DNA of 64,000 bases from Anolis carolinensis (taxonomy: Eukaryota): contig NC_085843.1 in the NCBI RefSeq assembly GCF_035594765.1, positions 45,926,201-45,990,200 of the forward strand. The letters run 5' to 3'. Below the pieces are notes generated by a model. The model had not been told where the DNA came from and did not search any database. It saw only the letters and a list, made by a program, of their open reading frames with translations. The position numbers and the translations under genes were made by a program. Positions 39,001-52,651 of the stretch are shown here, piece by piece. Positions within the stretch are counted from its first letter, which is position 1. Each line of letters starts with the position of its first letter.

Positions 39001-40785
39001 CCTCTCATATCACTATATCAGAGAGAACATTGTTTTTGCTGCAAAACAAAATATTCTGCTGCATGGACATTTCATATTTTACTCATTTGATCCATAAAAG
39101 TGAATAAGCTTACTCTGCTTAAAACTTGCACACCTGGGAAAGATAAAACAGCCATCCCAGCATATCTTTGTTCTGGGGAAAAATATATCTATGCCATATT
39201 AACATATCTGTTCTAAAGTTTGTTCCCCAAGCACATGGACCACCTTGACATATAATTACTGTTATTGAGCATAAGAAGCAAATGATTAATTACCTTACTA
39301 TTATAGGAAGGAATAACTTGGTCTGTAATCAAAAATAAGGCATTGGTCTGAACCCAAAACTCTTCATGAGTTCTTTGTATGAAAAGAGATCTTCATAGCT
39401 TAGAATTGTTCTGTTCCAATTTATATTAGTTGCTTTTTACTGGGGGTGCAAATCTTCACTGATTTTACAGAGGAGAACAAATACTTGCAAATATTTGTTT
39501 CCCCTCTGTTGGGCAACTTTACAAAGTATGTGCATTTTTTGAAAAAGAAAGTACTCAAATCTGTAAAACACAGCATACAATTCCCCCTCATTATATGACG
39601 CAACAGAAATTATCTCATAGAATTAGCTTTCTCTTTAAATGTGTAATCAATCATTTAAAACACACTCAAATATTTTGGTGTCAGAATTAAAATGGTTTGG
39701 TTACTACATTAATATTTTTGGAAAAGATTTGGATGGACTTTGTGCAATATGAAATACTCTATAAATGTCAGACATTCTTTCTAAATTTTGGGCTGCATAA
39801 TAACAATCAGTTGACATAAATTTCATATGTTAATGAGTGACAGTCTTTATACCAAACACCACTAACAAGTTAATTAATTATATGTAGTATTAGTACTGGC
39901 TAAATGTCGGGCATTTTTACACAGCATTGCTTTTTTTATGACCAAAACCAGCTATAGTCAAGCCAGTGAGGATTTTTATTTGGGGTGTGTTTGTAGCAAA
40001 ACCGAAATTATCAGACCCAGAGAATAAGATCAGGAAATATGATCTGCTGAATGGACACATAAACATAAAATCATTTAACCAGCTATAACTTTTTAGAGCT
40101 TAATCAGGAGACCAATTTGATCAAAATCATCAAACATTTCAGAGCACCACATGTGTTGGATAACTTTTGAATTATGCAGAACACAAATAGCCAGGTGAAT
40201 GCTGGCTTGTAGAAAGCAAATGTCATTCAAGTTTGACCTGTCCTTTCTGTTTTAGCTTTTTGAAAAATGCTGTTTATGTGTTAAAAAGGATGATTTGATA
40301 AATGTATTTCATTTTATGGGTTATTTTTGTTTAGAAAGAGGAATATTTTTGTACTAGGAAAGAATACACCAGAAACGAAAGTGAAAGATCATTCACAGCT
40401 TGAGAGGTGCACAAAACAGCAAAGAAATTGGGAGTGCTCTGTTCACATTTGAAGAAGAAAAAAGAAAAAAGTATGTCAAAATAAAAAGTGCATCTTATAA
40501 AATTAGTGAATTGCCTGTTGAAAATAATAAAATGTTCAATGCTTTCTTTGAAAATATTCTCCAGAGTCCCTGAAGAGCCTCCATATGAATAAATGAATGT
40601 GTAAAATAAGAATGTGGAGTGTTATATACAATAGATACAGATTGCTGTCAAATAACCTACATACCATTGGGTTGGAACCACACTTCAAGCACATTTTTAT
40701 GCATTTCTCCATAAAATATGTTCTATTAGCTTAAATCTAATGATATGCTCATGATAATGTCTGAGTTTTAGTTCCTTATTTCTAC

Positions 40786-41718
40786 TAGGCTTGTGCATTT
40801 TGTCTGAACCTCAATCCATTTCTGCTGGCCAAATTTTCGGGAAACCCCCAAATCCATTTTCACATGTCTCCCAAAAACAGGTGGGTAGCAGAATAGCCAT
40901 TTTCGGTCCCCAGACAAAAAATGTGGCTAGATCTGGCCCATTGGCGGAAATGAGGGGGCTTCTTTAGCTCCCCTTCCCATCATTTTTAGAGCTATCTGGA
41001 TAAAAATGACAACAGTTGGAGGACACATACTGTATTCCACTGTTAGCCCACCAAGTTTCATAATGTTTGGGTCATCCCCTGATTTTTAGAAATTTATTTT
41101 CTTTTTAGAAATAAAATCTCCTTAAAAATTCCCCAAAAGGTATCCTTCCACTAGTCCCGCTCTGTAACTTCTTCAGGAGCAGCAGCCAAATGTCAAAGAT
41201 GCACTTCCACATCACACAGCCCAGTGTCCCACTATTCCACTTTCTTCTTTGCTAATAAAAAACAGCAAGCAACTTCTTCCCAAAGCTTTGCCATTTCTTG
41301 TTCACACTTTCTCAATTCCCAGTCCCACTAAATACAAAGAATCAAGAAAATCAAGGAAAATCCAAAAGATTTAATACTAGAGGACAAGCCAAGCCAAGCC
41401 AAGCCAAGCCAATGGAGCAATGGAGGCACTCATCCCATTAAATAGACACAACTTGCATAAGACATATCACAGCATTCTTCTATTCTGATTGGTCTAACAG
41501 GCAGGGCTCACAGGGAAACCCCATGCAAGGATGCAGCAGCATCTTTGCACACCGGATGATGCCTAATAGGAGAGGAGCAGCCGTAGCTGGCTTCCTCATG
41601 ACCCATTTTGGACAAAAAAAATGGTGACTGAGTCTTTACCATTATGGCCAGCTGAACAAGCCAAGCAAACCAGATTGGCCAAAGAGAACTGACAAAACTG
41701 AATCTGTGCACAAGCCTA
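40786..41718. mobile_element. hAT-superfamily non-autonomous DNA transposon
   Basis: 12-bp perfect TIR TAGGCTTGTGCA / TGCACAAGCCTA; 8-bp TSD AT(T/C)TCTAC at 40778-40785 and 41719-41726; internal (AAGCC)5. Confidence 0.85.
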
Positions 41719-43016
41719 ATCTCTACATTCTGCTATTGTTCCAAAAATGTCTACCCTAGGAATTGCCTAGGGGCTTTGTTTTTAAGTTAATAGGGGATAG
41801 GGATGGATGAGAACTATAGAAAGTAGATGATATTGCTTTTATTAAGTTGTTTTGATTATACACTAATGAAAACACTAGATTTTCACAACCTAATGCCTTC
41901 CAACATCCATAGGACTACAACTGATCAACCAAACCAGAATGTCCAATCCTCAAAATGGAAGTCCAGAAACTCTAGAGGGCCTCATGTTGGGGAAGACTGA
42001 GATATGTTTGGGAAGATTCTTCTGTTCCTAATAAAAGCAAAGGCTTTTATTGGGGACTGGAACATCCATCTGTGTGTCAGGCATTTCTTTTCACACAGAA
42101 CTTCATGCATAATTTATTATGCCCTTTTCTTCAGGTATACATTTTATTATACACATTATTCCTACCTAACTGAAACATGTTTATTTCCTTTTAAAATTGC
42201 ACCTTTATTTATTTATTTACATCATATCTATCCCGTCTTTCTCACCCAAGGGGACTCAAGGTGGCCTTTTTATGAGATCACATTTATGGTGCATGCCCTT
42301 CAATCTACTTATCAGAATATCGTGATCCCACAAATTTCATTTGATTTTCTATGGTAAAAAAAATCACAGATGGTTTTACCAGTTCTCTGATATATAAGTT
42401 ATAACAGCTGGTATTCATTAGCAGTTTCCCATTTATGTATAGGCCAAAGCTGAACCTGCTTAACTTTCAAGATCAATAATCATCTAGCTTCTTCAGGATA
42501 TTTTGTAGGGCTGCACAAAATTTCATCTGTCAGATCTATTTTGTAAGATTTGTGCATACGACATAATATTAAGAAACACGAGGGGCAGCCACGCAAAAAA
42601 CTTAAGGTTCAAAAATAAATACCTTTGACTTTTGGGATAATTATGTAAGTCTTGTAAATGGCTCCAGATCTTCATTGCAGACACCCTCAAAAGGGCTCAG
42701 TTCTTCATTGCTGCACAATTCCAAAGATGTGCCCCAAAGAGCTTTCCTTAGTTATGAATCCAAGAAAGCTAACTTTATACTCATCCTGGGGAAACATAGG
42801 TACATCAAAGGGGATAGATGAGTACATCATGGCATTGCTGTGAATGTTTGTGGCAGCTATTAAATATAAACTAGTATTTTACAAATTCTTTTTTCCCTAG
42901 CTAAGTGGGTTAAACCAATGTTGCTATTATGCTACAACATCTCTGTGCTTAAACTTCATTTTGTTTTCTCTTCCACAGCTTTCTGAGTGACTTGAAAACT
43001 GGCTGCTTAGTATTAA

Positions 43017-46000
43017 CTAGCTTGAGGACCCAGTAGTGCCAGGGTCATTTGAGAAAGGCATTGTTAGCCTGTGTTCCAAGTGTTGTCTAGATCCGTCACT
43101 AGTGGAGGCCGCAGTGGTCTGTGGGAGGCAAAGCAATGGAAAATACTGGAAATTCCATCATCCATGGTACATTCTCCTTCAAACTGCACCAGGATGTAGA
43201 GTAGGTCATGGGGGCTCTATGTGTCATGTTTGGTGTTGATGAGTCATTGGTGTGGGTCTCAGGAAGTTAGTGTAAGTACTGAAAGTCCCATCATCCATAG
43301 TCCATCCTTCCCCACACCACATCAGGGGTTAAAGTGGGCCACATTGCATCTATGTTCCAAGTTTGGTCCAGTTGTGTTATTTGTGGGGGTCACAATGTTC
43401 TGTGGGAGGCGAATTGGGTGAAGGTACTGAAAATCCCATAATCCTTGGTCCATCTTCCCCCAAACTGCTGCAGTGTGTAACGTGTCATTTGGAATATGTG
43501 TGCCAAGTTTGTTTCAGTTCTGTCATTTTTGGTAGTTGCAGTGGTCTCAAGAAGTGAGTGAAGGTATTGGAAATCCCATCATCCTTGGTCCATCCTCCCC
43601 CAATCTTCCCCAGGATGGAAAAGGGTACACAGGGGTTCTGTGTGCCAAGTTTGGTCCTGTTCCATCTGGTGGGCATCACAGTGGTTTGTGGGAGAAAAAG
43701 TGATTCAAAGTACTGCAAATCCAATAATCCATGATCCATCCTCCCCCCCACACCAGGGTGTAAAGTGGGCCAGATTGGATCTGTGTGCCAAGTTTGGTGT
43801 AGTTCCCTCATTTGTGGGCATCTCAATGGTCTATGGGAGGTAAATTGGGAGAAGGAACTGTAAATCCCATAATCCTTGGTCTGTCCTCCCCCAAGGTCTT
43901 GCAGCATGTAAAGTGAGTCATTTGGGATATGTGTGCCTAGTTTGGTTAAGTTCTGTCCTTCCTTGTAGTTGCAGTGGTCTCAGGAAGTGAGTGAAGTTGC
44001 TGCAAATCCCATAATCCATGGTACATCCTCCCCAAACTGCACCAGGGTGTAAAGGGGGTCACGGGAGTTCTGGTCCAGTTATGTCACTTGTGGTCTGTGG
44101 GAGTTGAAGTAATTGAAAGTACTGTAAATCCCATCATCCGTGGCCCATCCTCCCCCACCAGGCCATTAGGTGGGTCATGGGGGTTGAGTGTACCAAGTTT
44201 GGGCCAGGTCCGTCATTCCTGGTGGTCACAGTGGCCTGTGGAATTGGCAGGCAATCAGAAAGCTGCCATATACATACATACAAACACTGACTTTTTAATA
44301 CTAGCTTGGGAACCCGGCGGTGCCTGTGTCATTTGAGAAACTTTTGTGGCAAGTGTGGTCCAGATCTGAAGTTGGCTGGGTCCAGTGCTGTCTGTATAAA
44401 GGTGAACTACTTGGTCCATCCTCCCTCAATCTGCCCCAGGATGGAAAGGGGTTCATGGGGGTTCTGAATGCCAAGTTAGGTCCATTTCTGTCACTGGCAG
44501 GCGTCGCAATGGCCTGTGGGAGCTGTAGCGATCGAAAGTACTACAAATCCCATCACTCATGGTCCATCGTCCCGCAAACTGCATCAGAGCATAAAGTGCG
44601 TCATGGGGATAAAGTGTGTCAAATTTGGTCCAGATCTGTCATTCATGGAGGTTGAAATTGTCCGTGCAAGTGGTGGCCAATCAGAAAGCTGCCACATACT
44701 CCACCGCATACATATATACCCGCATACATACATACAAACATTCACTTTTATTATATACTAGCTTGGAGACCCGGTGGTCCCCAGGTCTTTTGAGAAAGGC
44801 ATTGTTTGCCCATGTTCCAAATGTAGCCTAGATCCAATGTCAGCTGGGTTCAGTGGGTGTGGATGAACTACAACTCCCATATGCAAGTTCCATCATCCAT
44901 CCTCCTCCAAACAATGCCAGGATGGGTTCATGGGTGGTGTGTGTGCCAATTTTGTTCTTGATCAGTCATTGGTGTGGATTCCAGTGGTCTCAGGAAGTGA
45001 GTGAAGGTACTGTAAATCACATCATCCGTGGTCCATTGTTCCCTCAAACTGCAGGAGGATGTAAAGTGGGACACATTGCACATTTGTGTCAAGTTTGGTA
45101 CAGTTTTGTCATTCATGGGCATCACAGTGGTCTTTGGGAGGTGAATGGGATGAAGGTACTGAAAATCCCATCATCCTTGGCCCATTCTCCTGCAAACTGC
45201 ACCAGGACGTAAAGCGGGCCACATTGCACCTATGTGTCAAGTTTGGTACAATTTCGTCATTCATGGTCATCGCAGTGGTCTGTGGGAGGTGAATCAGGTG
45301 AGGGTACTGCAAATCCCATATTCCTTGGTCCATCCTCCTCCAAACTGCTGCAGCATGTGAAGTATGTCATTTGGGATATGTGTGCCAAGTTTGGTTCAGT
45401 TCTGTCATTTGTGGCAGTTGCTGTGGCCTCAAGAAGTGTATGAAGGTCCTGCAAGTCCCATCATCCTTGGCCCATCCTCCCACAACTGGCACCAGGATGT
45501 AAAGGGAGTCATGGGTGTTCTGCCTGCCAAGTTTTGTCGAGTTACATCACTGGTGGGTGTCACAGTGGTCTGTGGGAGGTGAAGTGATTTAAAGTACTGC
45601 AAATCCCATCATCCCTGGCCCATCATCCCCAAATGGCACCAGGACATAAAATGGGTCATAGGTGTTATGTGTGGCAAGTTTGGTCCAGGTCCGTCATTCC
45701 TGGTGGTCATCGTGGCATGTGATAGTGGCGGCCAATCAGAAAGATGCCACACACACCGCCCGTCTGCTGCATACACCGCCGCTCGCCGCATACACACACT
45801 GACTTTTATTATATACTAGCTTGGGTACCCAGCGGTGCCCGGGTCATTTGGAAAACTTGTGTGCCAAGTTTGGTCCAGATCCGAAGTTGGCTGGGTTCAG
45901 TGCTGTTTGTATAAGGGTGAACTCCAACTCTCAGAGCAAAGGGCAATTACCCCGAAACCCTGTCTGTATGCATAGTTGGGCATGATGAGGAAGTGTGCCA

Positions 46001-47290
46001 AGTTTGGTCTAGAACCAAAGTCGGCTGGGTTCAGTGCTGTCTGTATAAGGGTGAACTACAACTCACAGAGCCTAAGGTCAATCACCCCAAAACCCTGCCT
46101 GTATGCACAGTTGGGCATGATGAGGAAGTGTGCCAAGTTTGGTCCAGATCCGAAGTCGGCTGGGTTCAGTGCTGTCTGTATAAGGGTGAACTACAACTCC
46201 CAGAGCAAGAAGTGAGTAAAGCCACTTGGTCCATCCTCCACCAATCTGCCCCAGGACAGAAAGGGTTTCATGGGGGTTTTGTGTGCCAAGTTAGGTCCAG
46301 TTCCATCACTAGTGGGCGTCGCAGTGGTCTGTGGGAGTCGTAGCGATTGAAAGTACTACAAATCCCATCACCCCGCAAATGGCACCAGAGCGTAAAGTGC
46401 GTCATGGGGATTAAGTGTGTCGAGTTTGGTCCAGATCCGTCATTCGTGGCGGTCGTAGTTATCCATGTAAGTGACAGCCAATCAGAAAGCTGCCACATAC
46501 TCCGCCGCATACAGACATACATACCTGGATACAAACACTGACTTTTATTATATACTAGCTTGGGGACCCTGCGGTGCCCGGGTCATTTGAGAAAGGACTT
46601 GTTTGCATGTGCTCCAAGTTTAGTCTTGGTCCAGGGTCAGTGGGGTTCAGTGGGTGCAGGTAACTGACCCATTGAATGGGATCATCCATGGTCCATCCCA
46701 TTCCATACAGCGCCAGGATGTATAGTAGGTCATGGGAACTGTATGTGTCAAGTTTGGTCTTGATCAGACATTGGTGGGGGTTGTAGTGGTCTCGGGAAGT
46801 GAGTGAAGATACTGCAAATCCCATCATCCATGGTCCAAACTCTTCCAAACCACATGTAGATGTAGAGTGGGTAATGGGGCCTCTGTGTCCTAAGTTTGGT
46901 ACTGATTCATTGTAAAGCGGGCCACATTGCACCTGTGTGTCAAGTATGGTACAGTTTCAGTTTTCATGGGTATCACAGTGGTCTGTGGAAGGTGAATTGG
47001 GTGAGGGTATTGCAAATCCCATCATCCTTGGTGCATTCTCCTGCAAACCACACCAGGACTTAAATTGTGTCACATTGCAGCTGTGTGTCAAGTATGGTAC
47101 AGTTTTGTCTTTCATGGGTACCCCCATGGTCTGTGGGAGGTGAATCGGGTGAGGGTACTGCAAATCCCATCATCCATGGTCCATCCTGCGCCAAACCGGA
47201 CCAGGACGTAAAGGGGGCCACATTGCACCTGTGTATCAAGTACCCCCATGGTCTGTGGGAGGTGAATTGGATGAAGGTACTGCAAATCAC
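43017..47290 (-). mobile_element. Head-to-tail array of five non-autonomous Helitron units with internal ~120-bp minisatellite
   Basis: On the minus strand each unit ends in a GC hairpin (ACCCGGG CACC GCTGGGT-like) then CTAG, at 43017, 44301, 44758, 45816 and 46555; four units begin TATATAATAAAAGT-like followed by (GTAT)n; the last CTAG is followed by T; no TSD. Confidence 0.8.
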
Positions 47291-48886
47291 ATTTGCTGAA
47301 ATTAAAATTAAGCAACATTTTAAAAATAGTCTCCTTGAATTGTGATTTGTTTTTGTAAGCTGAATCAATAGACATGTATTCATCCATACTTACTTACACA
47401 ACAGGAAGACTGTGGAGAAGTAGTATTCAAAAACCTCCTTCTGGCAAAACTCTGTCATTGCTTGGTTTCTTTATTATGAATGAAAGAAGCTAGGTTGCTC
47501 GATGTGCTTAATTATGATGGCATAAGAAAGGTGTGTAAGTAATAATGTATCAGAAGAAAGCAATACCAGATCCCTATATTTCACTTGTGTTTGGATATTC
47601 ACAAACAAATTAATCCGAAGCGTAGAAATGTCTCATTAAGTCCATTAGGGATACCTTTATGAAAGGGCTGATTATTGCAGAAGTCTATTTTTTTTTACAA
47701 AAAAAAAATCCAAACAGTCCCACTGAGATCAAGGAAGCAGTCTGCAAATACCAGCTTAACCCAATCGCACTTAGTAATTTATAATAGTGTTGGATGTGTG
47801 CTTTTGAATGGGAGTAAAGTGAAAAAAGCTATGGCAGTGCTTTTGAAGGAGAAGCAATTATCAGCAAGCTAGACAGAGGGATTCTAGTCAGTGCATTTGA
47901 TGTTCAGCACTAAGGCCTTCCCTGCCATGGGATGGAAATGTGCTTGAGGTAGCAGAGCAAGAGGAGTGTGAAACATTCAGCCTGCAACTGTTCTATTTCA
48001 ATTTGGGTGACAACACTTGCTATCTGCTCTCTCACTTTTTCAGCAGGAGTTCAAATGCTTTTCTACCTTCTGCCAATTTTCAGGCAAGAAGAATGATATT
48101 GGGCTAGGAAAGGGAGATCACTTAAAGTTGATGATTTTATGACAACCCTAAAATAACAAAGCCAGACACATGGAGTCGGATTAAACAAGGTCCACTTTAT
48201 TACACCTATTATTTTATGATTTGTACCTGGGAAATTCCTAATGAAGGGGCAGGGGTGAAATGTAGACCACAATTTAGCTGGGCCATGTGTATACTTGTCA
48301 CAACCTCCCTAGTCATTTCTTGGGCAAAACACTTGACCCTGAGGCAATTTGAGATTATAGGTTACTCATCCAGCTAACCATATTTAGGAAAGCTCTACCC
48401 TAGGTCTGACTTCCCAGAACTTTATAAGGCAGAATAAAGCTCCATGTCAGTCCCAAAGACAGGCCCCTTCCCAGATCCTGGTCCCTAGATCCTAAGGAAG
48501 TTGTTTCCCCATCCTTTAACCAAGTGCCAAGATGTACACCAAAACTTTGATATTCCCCTTCCAGTACCTGTCTGCAACACTCATGAGAGGTCAATCAGGC
48601 CATTTACAGCTGGGTCTGATCAGCCTCTCAGGTGTCTTCTTGCAGAGTTCTGTCAACCCAGATATGTGTCATGCCTCAGCATATATTGTTTCATGCCACA
48701 TGGTCTAAGGGGCATATTAAAAGTATTATGAAATCTCTCTGATGAGATTTTGCATAAAATCACACCCTAGTGTGGGGTCTTATGCTAAAATTGTGCCTGT
48801 TTCATAGGTTCACTAGCTTCCTATCTGCCCATTTGCAGTCAGACATCAGTGTAAACAGATTGCACTGCCAACTCTGGCGTCCTTGT

Positions 48887-49036
48887 AGTCCCCTTCCACA
48901 GAGCTGGGATTTTTCCCACATTATCTGCTTTTAACTGGAATATATAGCAGTTAACCCAGTTCAAAGCAGATATTGTGGGATTTTCTGCTTTGATATTCTG
49001 GGTTATTCTGGGTTATATGATTATGTGGAAGGGCCC
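48887..49036. mobile_element. Palindromic Harbinger-like MITE
   Basis: CCCTTCCACA...TGTGGAAGGG termini; internal IR TCCCACATTATCTGCTTT / AAAGCAGATATTGTGGGA. Confidence 0.65.
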
Positions 49037-50184
49037 TTGGGCCTGCTTTACCAGAACAATTACCCATGAGCTCACCAGGCACCAAATACCTTATTCTGAG
49101 CACAAGGTGGCCATGTGGGTCATATATACTGGAAGAACTACAGCAATCACAACAGCCTAAAGGCTTCTGTTCTCTGCTGTCTGTGAGATAATTATTCAAA
49201 TCCCGTATCAGCCACAGTGGATCCCAGGATGCTTTGATCAAGGCAATTTCTTGCACCTTACGTTATTTTTTACAAATGTCTGTATAAATGTATGTCTTGT
49301 TTCAGACCTAGTAGTTGTTCTTCTATTACAAAGCAATCCTTGTGGTATATCTTTACAAGAGAAGTACATTAGGAGAGGGGGAACTATTCTTATAGAAATC
49401 ATCTGTTTGCCTCCCAATACCAATTTGTTGTAAGAGGTGAAACCATTTATTGCTATTAGATCATTTAAGCCCTGGCTATTGGTGCTCTGAATTTGTCTTT
49501 CTAAGTAGTGCTGAAATTGCAGGGTTTCATTTCTACAGGAATAACCTAATTGGTTTTTATTTTTAATAATTCAATGTACTGATTTTAGTGAATTTTTATT
49601 TTGAAAAGAATTATCTAATGCATCATTTTGAATATAAGAGTAAAACATTTTCTGTTCATTTTTACCTTTTCTGCATTATTAACCTTGTCGGTTCTTGGAG
49701 GAATGTGCAAGCTCCTGGTGGCAAACAACGTGCATCCATCAAGAGTTTTGAAACTCAAATGTATACCTAATTGACCAGTTATACGTGTCAGTCTTTTCCA
49801 GCATTCACAGCACTGGCATGGTGCTTTTGAGAAGAGTACAATGGGGGAACAATCTGCATAAGAAATAAATTAAAGGCGCATTGATTGTGTTGAAAACAAG
49901 GTGTTAAAAAAACATCAGGTGAGAAACACAGATTCTCAGCTTTGGAAAAATATTGGAATCATTTTAATTCTGTTCAAAAGAAGAATGTGTGGTACAGCAG
50001 TAGATCCAAGGTAGAAGTATTTATTCTTCTAGTTTCTAGGGATCTTTTCAAACTATACAATTATACCATTATGATTTTACTTTAAAGCTATATCAGCATC
50101 CTAGGAAATCCTAGGATTTGCAGAGGGGGTTGGGGGGGGGCAATTTAGAATTCTCATCCAGAGAGCTCTAGTGCCTCACTAGAC

Positions 50185-50422
50185 TTTGTTGTTTATTGGT
50201 TCAGTTGCTTCCGACTCTTTGTGACCTCATGGACCAGCCCACATCAGAGCTCCCTGTCAGCCGTCGCCATCCCCAGCTCCTTCAAGGTCAAGCCAGTCAC
50301 TTCAAAGATACCATCCATCCATCTTGCCCTTGGTTGGCCCCTCTTCCTTTTTCCTTCCTTTTCCCTCAAAATCATTATCTTCTCCAAGCTTTCCTGTCTT
50401 CTCATTATGTGATCAAAGTACC
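50185..50422 (-). mobile_element. RTE LINE 3' end
   Basis: YFDHIMRRQESLEKIMIL..KEGKRKRGQPRARWMDGI is the typical RTE C-terminus; (CAA)-like tail. Confidence 0.85.
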
Positions 50423-51180
50423 TCAATGGACTAGATAGCCATAATTTTTCAGCTTATGACTTTGGATCTTGTGTTGTTTTAAAAGTTTATTTTAATGTAT
50501 TGATATGTTATGAATTTTATGATTTTTACAGGATTTAATGTACTGGGTATATTGTATTTGTATGTTTATGTTTGTTGTGGCATTGGATTATGGCCAATCT
50601 GGAAGCCACTCTGAGTCCCTTTCAGAGTGAGATAGAGCAGGATAAAAATATAGTAAATAAATAAATGTTTAAATTTCACGTGAGGTTGTAGTGACAGTTA
50701 AAGTGGAATCATAGTACTATATTTATGTAATGTGGAAGGAGGCTAGGAGTAGGAAAATTGCAGCCCACATGTGATTCCTAGATAAATTTTTATACCTCCC
50801 AGGCTTGCCTAGATCTTCAAAGGCTCCTATATGGACACTTCTCCCCCAAAACTGAAGGTTTTATTCACCACCATCCCAATTCTGCTCCTTTCAGATTCTT
50901 CTGGGAAAGCTTAAGTTCTTCTTTTTTACCATTATGCTCAGAAATTAAAGCACAATATTCACAACCATTGGATAAGTTGATCAATTATTTTTGGTTGATT
51001 TTTTGAGTAAAATTTCTACACTTATACAGGCCCCAGAGACTTCTAGAAATAGATGTTTTTAAATAATTTGTTTACTTTGTTTATTTATATTCAGGCATTC
51101 TTTTAAAGATGGCTGTTTATGACCATCAAGGGCTGAAGTGATTTTGTGATGTGATTTAATATGCTTTTATGGTTTTAACC

Positions 51181-51289
51181 TGGATTGTTTTAATATTAAT
51201 GTTATTTAATACTGTTTTAATATTTGTATATTTTAAGTTGTACTGAAATGCTTTTAGTTGTGAGCCGCTTAGTTGTGAGCGGGATATTA

Positions 51290-51347
<58 letters not shown>

Positions 51348-51480
51348 TTGTTTGTTTATATCCCGCTTTTTCTCTCCATACGGAGACTGAAAGTGGCTCA
51401 AAACTAAAAGCATTTCAATACAACTGAAAATATACAAATATTTAGACAGTATTAAATAACATTAACATTAAAGCAATCCA
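51181..51480. repeat. Inverted pair of L2-type 3' ends around a (TTA)~20 microsatellite
   Basis: 51181-51270 is roughly 90% identical to the reverse complement of 51391-51480; TTA tract at 51286-51345. Confidence 0.85.
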
Positions 51481-52074
51481 GCAATATCTAATGGGTGCTT
51501 ATTTTTTATTTATCCCTGTGTTTCGGTTTTTAACAACCACTGAAGTGGAAAAATAATAAAGGACAACTCTCACAAGTATAACAACTAAACAATACTGCAG
51601 CAAAAAGTGATTTGCATGCAATATTTGGACTAACAATGTACAAAAGGAAATACAGCACAAAATTCTATGGGTGCACTACACCGGTGTTACTGTGCTACCT
51701 AGGCAGAGTTAGCAAGAAGAAAAAGGCTGTGGGTCCAGCAGCCATGTAGAAACTAAAGTAATGAAAAAGTAGGCTGCTTGGAGCAAGCTGATTTAGCAGT
51801 GTTTCTTTGTCACTGTTCTACAAAGCTGGGAAAAGTGGAACCACTGGAATACAAACTGTCATATTTGAAATGGTTGAGTTACGATGACTTATGCTGCTGT
51901 CTTGTTAACATTGGGTATAAATAATAAAACAGTGCCAAGTGCTACTAGCTTTTTCTAAGACCCATCTACACTGCCATATAATATGAAACTGCATTATATG
52001 GTCAGTATAGACTCATATAATGCACTTCAACACAGTTAAACTGCATTTTATGACTCTGCAATGTTCCAGAGTAA

Positions 52075-52295
52075 GCTAGCATAATTTAATGTTTGAGCAT
52101 TGGACTATGACACTGAAGACCAGGGTTAAATTACTGCTCAGTCATGAAATCCACTAGGAAATCTTGGGCAAGCCGCACTCTCTCATAGGAAGGTAATGGT
52201 AAGCTTCTTCTGAACAAATCCTGCCATGAAAATCCTGGGATAGAGTTACCATAAATGGGCAATGACTTGAAGGCATGAAACAACAACAATAACAG
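52075..52295 (+). mobile_element. tRNA-derived squamate SINE with (CAA)n tail
   Basis: Paralogous to 7655-8510; tail GAAGGCATGAAACAACAACAA. Confidence 0.6.
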
Positions 52296-52329
52296 TAACA
52301 ATGTTCTAGACATTTTTGAATCAGATATA

Positions 52330-52651
52330 GGTAAAGGTAAAGGTTTTCGCCTGACATTAAGTCCAGTCATGTCTGACTCTGGGGTGTGATGCTCATCTCC
52401 ATTTCTAAGCCGAAGAGCCGGCGTTGTCCATAGACACCTCCAAGGTCATGTGGCCGGCATGACTGCATGCAGCGCCGTTACCTTCCCACCTGAGCAGTAC
52501 CTATTGATCTACTCACATTGGCATGTTTTCGAACTGCTAGGTTGGCAGGAGCTGGAGCTAACAGCGGCCGCTCCCGCCGCTCCCGGGGCTTGAACCTGGG
52601 ACCTTTCGGTCTGCAGCTCAGTGCTTTAACACACTTTGCCGCCGGGGCTCC
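52330..52651 (-). mobile_element. Sauria SINE, full length
   Basis: Reverse complement of the 12849 element; (AAAGGT)n tail; perfect 13-bp TSD TGAATCAGATATA at 52317-52329 and 52652-52664. Confidence 0.93.

Noticed and set aside
43017-47290. CRISPR-like array, or coding ORFs in the repeat region
   Set aside because: The DNA is eukaryotic, the repeats are degenerate tandem units without unique spacers, and the ORFs are short, inconsistent translations of a minisatellite.
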